From: Desulfomonilia bacterium
GTDB taxonomy: Bacteria; Desulfobacterota; Desulfomonilia; UBA1062
Length of the DNA stretch: 64,000 bases
Assembly: GCA_963664325.2 (NCBI GenBank)
Contig: CAXXDQ010000009.1
Span: forward strand, 12,871 to 76,870
Direction of reading: 5' to 3'
The translations under genes were made by a program, and so were the position numbers. This document shows, one piece after another, positions 10,390-19,169 of the stretch. Numbering within the stretch: the stretch's first letter is position 1; the number at the start of each line of letters is the position of its first letter. The notes below the pieces were generated by a model that made no database searches, was not told the DNA's origin, and saw nothing but the letters and a program-made list of their open reading frames with translations.

Positions 10390-11124
10390 ATGAGACAGCA
10401 AAACAAATATTTGCGGGCCAGACTTAATGTAACATTTGTCATCTTGCTATTTAGCATGACTTTTTCGTTTGCCGGATGTGGAGGTGGCGGTGGAGGGGGT
10501 GGTGATAATGGCAGTATATCGCCTAACTCACCCACGACCTTTAGGTTATTTTCTAATGGGTATTTTACAGCAGGTACCCAGGAATATTACAACTTGACTG
10601 GAAATAGCACTGATGGATCGTCATATACTGGGACTCTTCTTATAGAACCCCAGAGTGCTACAACATTCAATGGTGCGGCAGCCATTCCAGTAGAAGATCA
10701 ATTATCTTTAACAAATACAGATATTAACACTTCCATAACACTCACAGGTGTTGAATATTTTAGCACTGATGCAAGCAATCTTGAATTATTAGGCTATAAT
10801 AGTAACGACGAAGGAACTACTTCTTCTGGAGCTTCTTTGAGTGTTATACCACAAAGTGCCAGTATTGGTGATTCCGGAAGTGTTGGAACATATACTTTTA
10901 GTAATGGTGATATATTAACAATTAGTTGGGAACTAACTCAAGCCAGTGGTAGCTACGCCAATTTAGTTATGTCATCAACGGTAACAACTAGCACGGGAAG
11001 TATGCTGTTAACTGAAGAGAATACCTTTGTCATAGATCAAGATGGCAATCGCCAATCTGTCACGATAGTACTTGATGTAGTATCATATGGAATTTCGGTA
11101 ACTTTATCGGGAAATAAATCCTGA
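10390..11124 (+). CDS. Hypothetical lipoprotein (poly-Gly tether; Ser/Thr-rich, probably beta-rich)
   Basis: Lipobox FAGC followed by GGGGGGGG; GGAG RBS upstream. Confidence 0.8.
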   Translation: MRQQNKYLRARLNVTFVILLFSMTFSFAGCGGGGGGGGDNGSISPNSPTTFRLFSNGYFTAGTQEYYNLTGNSTDGSSYTGTLLIEPQSATTFNGAAAIPVEDQLSLTNTDINTSITLTGVEYFSTDASNLELLGYNSNDEGTTSSGASLSVIPQSASIGDSGSVGTYTFSNGDILTISWELTQASGSYANLVMSSTVTTSTGSMLLTEENTFVIDQDGNRQSVTIVLDVVSYGISVTLSGNKS

Positions 11125-11214
11125 CAATTCACTCCAGTGAATTAAAAAATGTTAGAAATTATCTTCTTCCAAGATTTGTTATAAACCTTTTAACAGAAGG
11201 TTTAAATAAAGCAT

Positions 11215-11234
11215 CCCTGCTGCAAGCAGCGGGG
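11215..11234. repeat. GC-rich short palindrome (REP/IS200-IS605-end-like)
   Basis: CCCTGCTGC-AA-GCAGCGGGG; a related degenerate copy lies at 48516-48550. Confidence 0.4.
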
Positions 11235-11654
11235 TACTTTTCTTTGTCATCATAATTGTTGATTTTACACCGGAGGCAAAGTCCCCAGATGCAATCTGCT
11301 GTTTTTCAAGACGACCTTTCCATGGCTTATTTCAATTCGCCACTAGCCATACCTCTCAACTGATCCACTGCTCAAGAACCTCTGCATCCTGTCCGTAAGA
11401 CATCTCTTCTTTCCCCTGCATCTGTCCAGCCGGATAGGAAGTATTGATGGCAAGGACAAAGCAATCGTTATTCAGAATAATCTGATTTGCCCTACTTACC
11501 TACCTGCTTGTTGGAGTTCTTGGAACCTATAGAGAACTGATATCAGGTTAAGATGTGGATTTTTTGAAGGGTCAAGTTAGAGACCTGTCTCAAGACAAGA
11601 TGCATCCAGATATAATCACCACCAGATGAACGCTATCAGTATGGGAAGTTCTGA

Positions 11655-12191
11655 TTATATATTCGCTGCCATTGTAACTGTAGATGGAATGTCGCTTATG
11701 TGTTTTCCATAATGAGCGAACTTAATGGTTTTGTCAGGTGCAACTATAAAAACAGCCGGAAGCTGTGTCTCATGTCCTTCAAATTTACCGTGCTTATAGC
11801 CTTGTAGAGTCGCTTTAACAGCCATAATCAGACCTGCAGGGTGAATGTATTTGAGGATACTGCCGTATTTCACATGATAAAGTTGAAAAAGATCACCCTT
11901 TGGATCGCATATGATGGTGAATGGCCAGTCTTCTTTTTTTGTAGAGGCAACCACAGTTGAAGGAGGGCTTTGCAGGATTACAAAAAGAACTGCACCTTTT
12001 TGTTCTATGAGGTTTATTTCGCGCTTCAGATTAGCCATATCGATTTGGCAGACTGGGCACCCGAGATAGCGCAAAAAGACTAGAACTGCCGGTTTACTTC
12101 CTGCATCTTTAAAAAAGCTTTTTCCTTCCTCCCAGGGCGTCACAAATTGAAAGTCAGGAGCCTTGTCGCCTACTCTAAGTTTTATATCCAT
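11655..12191 (-). CDS. AhpC/TSA-type peroxiredoxin-like (thioredoxin-fold) protein
   Basis: LRVGDKAPDF, FLRYLGCPVC (CxxC), ICDP, QLPAVFIV. Confidence 0.85.
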   Translation of the reverse strand: MDIKLRVGDKAPDFQFVTPWEEGKSFFKDAGSKPAVLVFLRYLGCPVCQIDMANLKREINLIEQKGAVLFVILQSPPSTVVASTKKEDWPFTIICDPKGDLFQLYHVKYGSILKYIHPAGLIMAVKATLQGYKHGKFEGHETQLPAVFIVAPDKTIKFAHYGKHISDIPSTVTMAANI

Positions 12192-12384
12192 TTTACCTTT
12201 TCCTCCTTTTCTGTTCTATCCATCTTCGCAATGGTTTAGCCTCATAAAATATTAAAAGTGTTTTCATCTCTGTCTTTAGTAAACATTTTTATAATTATGA
12301 CTGATTGTCAGGATCAGATCAATCAAAGGAGAAGTATCACAACTCTGATTGTAATGCGAAGGCAAATACTACCCCATCCCATGA

Positions 12385-12669
12385 TATGAGGCCCTTCATG
12401 AAAACCCGCTCAGGAGGAACATAAATGGGTGCATTGATAAAATATGCTATTATTTCGGTAGGGCATGCAAGAAAGCTCTGGGATATAAGATAGGTATGGC
12501 AAAGGCTTGCCGCACTTCCTTTGCTCAACAGATGGCAAACAAAGGAATGGAAATATCAATGCTATCCCGATGGCTTCGTCATAGCGATACAAGTGTCACA
12601 AAATGATATTATGAGTTTAAAACATCAAGTATGAAAAGTGCTGTTAATAAGGTAAGAAAATTAAAATAA
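12385..12669 (+). pseudogene. Tyrosine recombinase/integrase C-terminal remnant
   Basis: Manual translation ...ACKKALGYKIGMAKACRTSFAQQMANKGMEISMLSRWLRHSDTSVTK*YYEF... matches integrase box II (R.SFA...G......LGHS....T..Y). In-frame TGA at 12604-12606; N-terminal part missing. Confidence 0.75.
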
Positions 12670-12701
12670 TTACAAATTCTAAAAGTCATTAGTTATTAAA
12701 A

Positions 12702-13427
12702 TCAATCTATTATTTTATTAATCAATACCCTTTTTATTTGATCATCATTTATAATAATTACTTTATGGTTACTTGTAAAAGGAGGTTTATATACAAAGTA
12801 TTTTCCATCCATGTGAGCTATTAATATCAAATCAATTAAATCTGTCTGATAGGATTCTTTCAATTCAATTGTTATTTTCTGTTTAGTTCTATTTTCTAAA
12901 TATTTAGCTTTATCTAATCCTTCGTTTCGAAAATAAAAGCCTGAACATCCAATAATAAAAAGAAAAAAGAAAATAATATTGTTTTTTGTAATTTCCAAAG
13001 TGCCATCAGTTTCTTTTTCTATTTTTATTACAAATGCAAGAAACAATAAGATAACCGAAAACCAAAATATTATTTTCCAACATATCAAATTATATCGATA
13101 AAGTAACAATTTATTATAGAAAGTACTTATGCATATAAAAAATCCAATCAAAAGAATTATAACTCTATTAACAATAATTTTTTGATTAGTATTATCATCG
13201 GAAGATTTTATTCTTAACACTGCAAAAAGATAAATTAAAACAAATAAAAGAAAAACAAACCATGTACTGGCAATTATCTGATTTACTGAGAGGGTGAGAA
13301 AAGTTGAATCTATTCCAAAATAATTTAGATATGCATTCCAATAATCCCAACCAAGAATATAAATATAACCAGTTGTAGCTGTAAAGATAACAGCAAGATC
13401 AATTGTTCTTCTTGTTTCAGAGTTCAT
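12702..13427 (-). CDS. Very AT-rich multi-pass membrane protein of unknown function
   Basis: About 5 hydrophobic segments plus a small soluble C-terminal domain; lies between the integrase remnant and the tRNA. Confidence 0.75.
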   Translation of the reverse strand: MNSETRRTIDLAVIFTATTGYIYILGWDYWNAYLNYFGIDSTFLTLSVNQIIASTWFVFLLFVLIYLFAVLRIKSSDDNTNQKIIVNRVIILLIGFFICISTFYNKLLLYRYNLICWKIIFWFSVILLFLAFVIKIEKETDGTLEITKNNIIFFFLFIIGCSGFYFRNEGLDKAKYLENRTKQKITIELKESYQTDLIDLILIAHMDGKYFVYKPPFTSNHKVIIINDDQIKRVLINKIID

Positions 13428-13543
13428 ATATTAAACAAACCTTTTAATTATATTTCAATAGGTCATGTCAAAGTTCATGTATGAGTGAAATGTGAGTAAA
13501 TGGATTATCAATTCCCATAAAGCCTCATAAACAGAGATTGCAT

Positions 13544-13618
13544 TGGTAGGCGCGTAGGGATTTGAACCCTAGACCCCCACCGCGTCAAGGTGGTGCTCTC
13601 CCCCTGAGCTACGCGCCT
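13544..13618 (-). tRNA. tRNA-Val(GAC)
   Basis: AGGCGCGTAGCTCAGGGGGAGAGCACCACCTTGACGCGGTGGGGGTCTAGGGTTCAAATCCCTACGCGCCTACCA; cloverleaf, anticodon GAC, encoded CCA. Confidence 0.97.
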
Positions 13619-13785
13619 GCGTGGCTGTTTGGTTATCCTTTAAAAAGTCCGTTTGTCAACCCTTTTATCTAAAGATTATTTTTTCCTTAATTCTTTTGAT
13701 TAAGATTGACGTCAGGTAAATTTATCATTATTTCTTAGTGTTGCAAGCGCTCTTGCGAAACTAGGATCTAAAGAAAGGATACATC

Positions 13786-14904
13786 ATGTTAAAAGTTGGA
13801 TTTATCGGCTGGAGAGGAATGGTCGGTTCGGTCCTCATGGACAGGATGAAAGCGGAAAATGACTTCAAGGGGTATGAGGCTTTTTTTGCAACCACATCAC
13901 AGGTGGGCCAGACGGGGCCTGATGTCGGGCTTCCTGTAAAACCGCTTGTGGACGCATACGATATAAAGGCCCTTGCCGCTGCAGATATCCTCGTGACATG
14001 TCAGGGCGGGGACTACACAAAGAAAGTTTATCCTGAGCTGAAGGCAGCCGGGTGGAACGGTTACTGGATAGATGCGGCTTCAGCACTTAGAATGAAAGAT
14101 GATGCCGTCATCATACTTGACCCTGTCAACAGGGGTGTCATTGACAAGGCCCTTGCCGCCGGCATCAAAGAGTATATTGGCGGCAATTGCACCGTGAGTC
14201 TGATGCTTATGGCAATCGGCGGCCTTTTCGAAAAAGGGCTCATAGAATGGATGACCTCCATGACATACCAGGCGGCATCAGGTGCCGGTGCAAACAACAT
14301 GCGCGAACTGGCCATGCAGATGGCCGTGCTCGGCAGCGCTTCCAAAGCGCTGCTTGACGACCCTGCATCCGCCGCCCTTGAAATAGACCGCAAGGTTCAG
14401 GAAACTATTGACAGCGGGGCCCTGCCGACCCAGTATTTCGGAGCGCCCCTGGCAGCGAGCCTGATTCCATGGATTGACTCTGCAGTGGAAAACGGCCAGA
14501 CCAGGGAGGAGTGGAAAGGTTACACCGAAACCAATAAGATCCTCGGCCTGTCAAAGCCTGTACCTGTCGACGGTCTTTGCGTGCGCGTAAGCTCGATGCG
14601 CTGCCACAGCCAGGCTTTGACCATTAAGATGACCAGGAACCTGCCGCTGGATGAGATTATCAGCATTATTGCCGGCCACAATGAATGGGTCAGGGTAATC
14701 CCCAACAATAAGCCCGACACGCTCAAATACCTGACGCCAGCCGCTGTCAGCGGAAAGCTCGAGGTGCCTGTAGGCAGGATACACAAACTCAATATAGGCG
14801 AGGAATACCTGACGCTCTTTACCTGCGGTGACCAGCTCCTGTGGGGAGCTGCGGAGCCCATAAGGCGCATGCTGAACATAGCGCTTGATTATATCGGAAA
14901 GTGA
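13786..14904 (+). CDS. asd: Aspartate-semialdehyde dehydrogenase (E. coli/Pseudomonas type)
   Basis: GWRGMVGSVL, YWIDAAS, GGNCTVSLM, YQAASGAG, GDQLLWGAAEP. Confidence 0.98.
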   Translation: MLKVGFIGWRGMVGSVLMDRMKAENDFKGYEAFFATTSQVGQTGPDVGLPVKPLVDAYDIKALAAADILVTCQGGDYTKKVYPELKAAGWNGYWIDAASALRMKDDAVIILDPVNRGVIDKALAAGIKEYIGGNCTVSLMLMAIGGLFEKGLIEWMTSMTYQAASGAGANNMRELAMQMAVLGSASKALLDDPASAALEIDRKVQETIDSGALPTQYFGAPLAASLIPWIDSAVENGQTREEWKGYTETNKILGLSKPVPVDGLCVRVSSMRCHSQALTIKMTRNLPLDEIISIIAGHNEWVRVIPNNKPDTLKYLTPAAVSGKLEVPVGRIHKLNIGEEYLTLFTCGDQLLWGAAEPIRRMLNIALDYIGK

Positions 14905-15524
14905 TTCGTGTTCCGGGATGGCACACAGCCATCCCGGAACCCATTTTAAGGACCGGCATGAAAATTCCACCAGGGCAGATTGCGTTTGACTTCGACGGCG
15001 TGGTAGCGGACACCTTCAGGCTTTTTGTCAGGCTGGCATGCTCCGAATACGGAATCGATATCAAATATGAATCGATCACTGATTACGAGTTCCTGAATGT
15101 AGTAAAGATGGACAGGGCCCTTGCCGAGAGGCTTATCGAAATCCTGACCGATATCCCTCATGAGATTGACCTGAGGCCCAATACCGGAGCCTCGGAGATA
15201 CTGACCAGACTTTCAGCTTTTGCCCCTGTCATGGTCGTTACGGCCAGGCCTTATGGCCGCCCGGTCGAAAAGTGGTTTGAAAAACACCTGCCTCATCTGA
15301 AAAATTTAATCAGTGTTGAAGCAACAGGTGAGAACACAACCAAGCTTCCTTTCCTCCAGAAGAAAAATATTAAATACTTTGTTGACGACAGGCTCGACAC
15401 ATGCAGGCAGCTTGCGGATGAAGGAATCACGCCTATTGTCTATGACCAGCCCTGGAATAAAGGTCCCCATGAATTCAAGGTTGTCAGGAATTGGCATGAT
15501 ATCGCCGATATAATAGAATGGTGA
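14901..15524 (+). CDS. HAD-superfamily hydrolase, 5'(3')-nucleotidase NT5C-like
   Basis: FDFDGVVADT, VTAR, FVDDR, QPWN..RNWHDI; true start may be ATG 14958. Confidence 0.8.
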   Translation: MIRVPGWHTAIPEPILRTGMKIPPGQIAFDFDGVVADTFRLFVRLACSEYGIDIKYESITDYEFLNVVKMDRALAERLIEILTDIPHEIDLRPNTGASEILTRLSAFAPVMVVTARPYGRPVEKWFEKHLPHLKNLISVEATGENTTKLPFLQKKNIKYFVDDRLDTCRQLADEGITPIVYDQPWNKGPHEFKVVRNWHDIADIIEW

Positions 15525-15533
15525 AAATAAAAT

Positions 15534-15567
15534 GTCGGATCGTCCCCCATTAACGACCCGACTTTTT
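15534..15567 (+). terminator. Intrinsic terminator after asd-HAD
   Basis: GTCGGATCGT-loop-ACGACCCGAC followed by TTTTT. Confidence 0.6.
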
Positions 15568-15645
15568 AAGAGCCCTGCTATGTCTGCCGGATTTTTTCTA
15601 TAAATGTTTTATCGACATATTTCAGATATGCTTGAGCATATGAAC

Positions 15646-15689
15646 AAAAGAAAAGCCTGCTGCATCAGAGGCAACAGACTTTTCTTTTC
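15646..15689 (-). terminator. Intrinsic terminator of the 15795 lipoprotein gene
   Basis: Minus strand GTCTGTTGC-CTCTGAT-GCAGCAGGC (G-U pairs) followed by TTTTCTTTT. Confidence 0.7.
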
Positions 15690-15794
15690 TTGACAGTGCA
15701 CAGTGCAGAAAATGCCTGACCGGCAATGCCAGGGGCTTTCTGCCGCGTGGCCATGACAAAGCACAGCCTTTTTGTTATTTTGAGACAACAGCAA

Positions 15795-17405
15795 TCAATT
15801 CAGGGGGTCAATCCCCGTTTTCCAGGCATCAACCTTCCATGAATCGGTACCCTGGGTAAATGTCACGGAATTATCAGTGTTGAATACAGCCAAGGTTTCC
15901 CCGGCTGCCGCTGTAAACAAAAGTCTGCCAGATACCCAGTCGTCCGACCATAAGCTGTCTTCAAACACATGAGTGATTATCGTTCCATTAGCAACAGGAT
16001 CAGTAGTGTTCAAAACCGATGAAACCGTTACATACCCGTCCAGGCCCGGTACGCTTACCTGTCCGTTTGCACTCATCATAATATATGAAACTATTTTGCC
16101 GCTTCTATTATAGCTGTACTCTTTCTGGAGGTACGTAAACCCGCTTGCATATGAGAAAGTTTTATCATTAATCGTGAACGATCCTACAATCGTATAATCC
16201 CTGAAATCGGCGTAGTTCTTCGGGTCTGAAATCTGGTTATAAGGAACAAGCTCGAGATTTTCCGGTATTGATGTATCACCCATTGGATCAGCGGCACCAT
16301 AAGTTATATTGTAGGCAAGTTCCCAATTATTATAAGTAGCTGTTATACCGCCATCTACAATCTTTAACCCACTACCTGCTGTAACTTTTACTGTCCTGAT
16401 AATAAGTGGATCGAGTTCGGAATCAGTTAGTTTGAAATGGCCTGTAAAATAAACAGAAAGGTCGGAATCCTGGCCGGTTCCATAAATCTTGCTCGTCCCG
16501 TAGGTATAACCGTTATCATTAAATGCTATATTCAATGTTGCAGTAAATGCATAAAAGCCGTCTTTGATCGCTTTTCTGTTAATTGTAAGGGTGGATGTAT
16601 AGCTGTCATCGTCCGAAGTGAATTTTGCAGTGGCAGGCAGCGCTGGGAAAAGCATAAATGTAATAAACTTGCTCAAATAATTACTGTCACCGGAAATAGT
16701 AGATAAAATCAGATCTCCCCAAATTGAATTGATGCTGTCAACCATCACATCATAAAAAAATGCATCATCAGTCGTATCATCTTTATCATTGTAGCCAATG
16801 CCTCCATATACGGCATAAAGAGACCTTTTCATCTGTTCGATGTTGAGATTCGGACTGGGCTTGATGAAAACAGCGGTTATCGTCTTGTCAGCATCCATTG
16901 TTACCTGCAGAGGGTTATCCGCTGACGTAAGACTGCCCGACCAATGGTCAAAACTCCAGCCGGAATCGGGGACTGCCGTCACCGTAACTTGCTGACCATC
17001 GTCATATACACTTAATTCAGGGTTTATTGTTACAGTGCCGTTTCCCGTCATTGACACCGACAGTTTAAACTGCTGAGTGAAAACAGCCGTTACCGACAAA
17101 TTGCTGCTGATCTCTATTGAAACCGTTGTTTGAACACCGGTTACGCCGCCCTCCCAATGGTCAAATCTCCAGCCGTCGGAAGGTTCTGCAGTCAGAACTA
17201 CAACTTCTCCCTTCCTGTAGCCGCCATCGGTACCGGCTTGCGTATAGCTGACCGTACCGTTACCGACTGTCGTCACCGACAGCGTGTATAATTCTTCTGG
17301 TACCGGAGTTGAACCGTCGCTTCCTCCTCCGCCACCTCCGCCTCCTCCGCAGGCACTGATGATGAATGCCAGCAGCAAACAGGAAGTAATAAATATCTTT
17401 TTCAT
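15795..17405 (-). CDS. Surface lipoprotein: poly-Gly tether, two InlB-B-like repeats, unrecognised C-terminal domain (paralogue of 46333)
   Basis: Lipobox ISAC+G9. Two repeats (YTLSVTTVGNGTV..GWRFDHWEG..VTAVF and FKLSVSMTGNGTV..GWSFDHWSG..ITAVF). ATG 17405 with GAGG RBS. Confidence 0.85.
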   Translation of the reverse strand: MKKIFITSCLLLAFIISACGGGGGGGGGSDGSTPVPEELYTLSVTTVGNGTVSYTQAGTDGGYRKGEVVVLTAEPSDGWRFDHWEGGVTGVQTTVSIEISSNLSVTAVFTQQFKLSVSMTGNGTVTINPELSVYDDGQQVTVTAVPDSGWSFDHWSGSLTSADNPLQVTMDADKTITAVFIKPSPNLNIEQMKRSLYAVYGGIGYNDKDDTTDDAFFYDVMVDSINSIWGDLILSTISGDSNYLSKFITFMLFPALPATAKFTSDDDSYTSTLTINRKAIKDGFYAFTATLNIAFNDNGYTYGTSKIYGTGQDSDLSVYFTGHFKLTDSELDPLIIRTVKVTAGSGLKIVDGGITATYNNWELAYNITYGAADPMGDTSIPENLELVPYNQISDPKNYADFRDYTIVGSFTINDKTFSYASGFTYLQKEYSYNRSGKIVSYIMMSANGQVSVPGLDGYVTVSSVLNTTDPVANGTIITHVFEDSLWSDDWVSGRLLFTAAAGETLAVFNTDNSVTFTQGTDSWKVDAWKTGIDPLN

Positions 17406-17470
17406 TTTACAACCTCTCAATTATCGATTTGAAATATAAAAATTTCGGAATGGTTCCATTTGACTAATTA

Positions 17471-17576
17471 AGCATAACCTATGCCATGCATAACTATTTG
17501 ATATAATTAACATACCATGCAATCGAGGCATCGAAAAAGGAAATGAATTTCACAAGTTGAGAGAATAGTTTACCCA
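17471..17576 (-). promoter_or_regulatory. sigma54 promoter with IHF site and upstream palindromic sites
   Basis: TGGCATAGGTTATGCT (GG-N10-GC, 17486-17471); IHF consensus TATCAAATAGTTA (17491-17503); candidate UAS at 17539-17554 and 17561-17576. Confidence 0.75.
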
Positions 17577-17606
17577 GAAACCAGATAGCATCAGGGAAAA
17601 ACCTGA

Positions 17607-17637
17607 TTTGCGGGCAAATTTGGTGTCCGCCCGCAAA
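17607..17637 (-). terminator. Hairpin downstream of the YfcC-family gene
   Basis: TTTGCGGGC...GCCCGCAAA inverted repeat. Confidence 0.5.
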
Positions 17638-17645
17638 AAATATTT

Positions 17646-19079
17646 TTATGAGTAGTTTATTTTAACAGCTATCAGAAGGAATATTATGCTTGTTATTGCC
17701 AGGATGACCTGGAGCGGCAGCATGAACCTGAACCAGTCTTTGTATTTGATTCCGGCAAGACCTATAACCACCATAAGCAGGGGATTGGTCGGCCAGAAGG
17801 CATGTGAGAAACCGTCGCCAAGCTGAAATGCAAGCACGGTTATCTGTCTAGTAAGCCCGAGTATGTCGCCGAGCTGGGACATGATGGGAATGGTCAGCAT
17901 TGCCTGACCCGAACCGGATGATACCAGGAAATTCATGAACAGCTGGAACAGATACATGATTATCGCAGCCAGTTCCCTGCTCAGACCCTGCGTTTTCAAT
18001 GATACGAAATGCATCATCGTGGCCATTATGTTCCCTTCGACTATAAGCCAGCCGACCGATGACGCCATCAGGATGAGTATGATCGCCGGCGAAAAATCTA
18101 TCAGACCGTCCTTGAAGAGCTTGAAGACCTTTTTAAATTCATATCCCGATGCCATGCCTACGCTGAAACCCATGATCAGAAAAATAAGGGCGATCAGGGG
18201 GAAAGAGAGGTCCTGCAATGCCTTTACCGTACTGCATACCGCAACGGTTGCAATTATACCAAGGAAGCATATCCCCATCCAGATAAGCGCCGGTTTGATT
18301 TTGCCCTGGTGAAGAACAACGTCATCGTAGTGTGTGAGCGCCTTTATCTCCATGTCCGAGCCGTAAACATAACTTTTCTCAGGATTTTTCTCGATCCGGC
18401 GGATATACCAAAGGATATAAAGCGCAACTATGAGAATGGTCACTATAAGAATCGGAACCCTGAGATAGAGTCCGGAAAAAAGAGGTACATCGGCCAGCTT
18501 CTGGGCCGTACCCAGTGTGAAAGGGTTGAATGTAGCCGCTGAAAAACCAATGGTTACTGAAACGAACGGAATAGCCACACCGACAATCGAGTCCCATTTC
18601 ATCTGATAGGCCAGTGGGATGAATATCAGGATCAACGGCGTTACCTCTTCTAGTATGCCCATCGTGGAGCCCAGAAGGGCGAACACAATGACGTTGATGA
18701 ATATGAACATACGTTTTCTGTCGGCGAACTTCATGACAAGGTCCGAAATGAGTCTGGGCAGGATGCCGCTCTTATTCATTATCGAGAAGCTTCCGCCGAT
18801 TATGAAAATAAAAAGAATGAGCACTATAATTCTCGGGCCGTTCTTGCTGCCAAGCACAAGCAAAGGGGCAAGGGCTATTTTCCAGACAGGAAGGGGAGTT
18901 TGACCTATCGTGTGATACACCTCTTGCATCCCGCTGTTTATCGAGGTTTTTACATATTCGCCCGCAGGTATGACATAAGAGCATATGCCCGATACTGCTA
19001 TCAGAATTGCAAGCAGTACAATTGTCGCCAGAAACATCTTAACTTCAAGCAAGGCCTTCTTCTTGTCTTCCTGTTCCAT
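17646..19079 (-). CDS. YfcC/DcuC-like family transporter (amino acid/peptide exchanger)
   Basis: YVIPAGEY, NPFTLGTAQ..A..PLFSG, SGSGQAMLTIPIM, QLGDGFS..FWPT. Confidence 0.88.
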   Translation of the reverse strand: MEQEDKKKALLEVKMFLATIVLLAILIAVSGICSYVIPAGEYVKTSINSGMQEVYHTIGQTPLPVWKIALAPLLVLGSKNGPRIIVLILFIFIIGGSFSIMNKSGILPRLISDLVMKFADRKRMFIFINVIVFALLGSTMGILEEVTPLILIFIPLAYQMKWDSIVGVAIPFVSVTIGFSAATFNPFTLGTAQKLADVPLFSGLYLRVPILIVTILIVALYILWYIRRIEKNPEKSYVYGSDMEIKALTHYDDVVLHQGKIKPALIWMGICFLGIIATVAVCSTVKALQDLSFPLIALIFLIMGFSVGMASGYEFKKVFKLFKDGLIDFSPAIILILMASSVGWLIVEGNIMATMMHFVSLKTQGLSRELAAIIMYLFQLFMNFLVSSGSGQAMLTIPIMSQLGDILGLTRQITVLAFQLGDGFSHAFWPTNPLLMVVIGLAGIKYKDWFRFMLPLQVILAITSIIFLLIAVKINYS

Positions 19080-19169
19080 GGTACCATCCTTTCGCTATTC
19101 GATTGCAGGTGATTCTTTCATCCAGATAAATAAAGCTGTTATTTACAGTTTGCCCTGTTTTTCAAAAAA

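Larger units (their letters stand above)
9439..13562. mobile_element. Decayed integrative element/genomic islet at tRNA-Val(GAC)
   Basis: att-like direct repeats at both ends, integrase remnant, visibly AT-rich sequence, low coding density, orphan ORFs. Confidence 0.7.

Noticed and set aside
12604-12606. In-frame TGA as selenocysteine or recoding
   Set aside because: The position corresponds to the Arg before the catalytic Tyr (likely CGA>TGA), the gene is otherwise truncated, and TGA is a normal stop elsewhere in the window.
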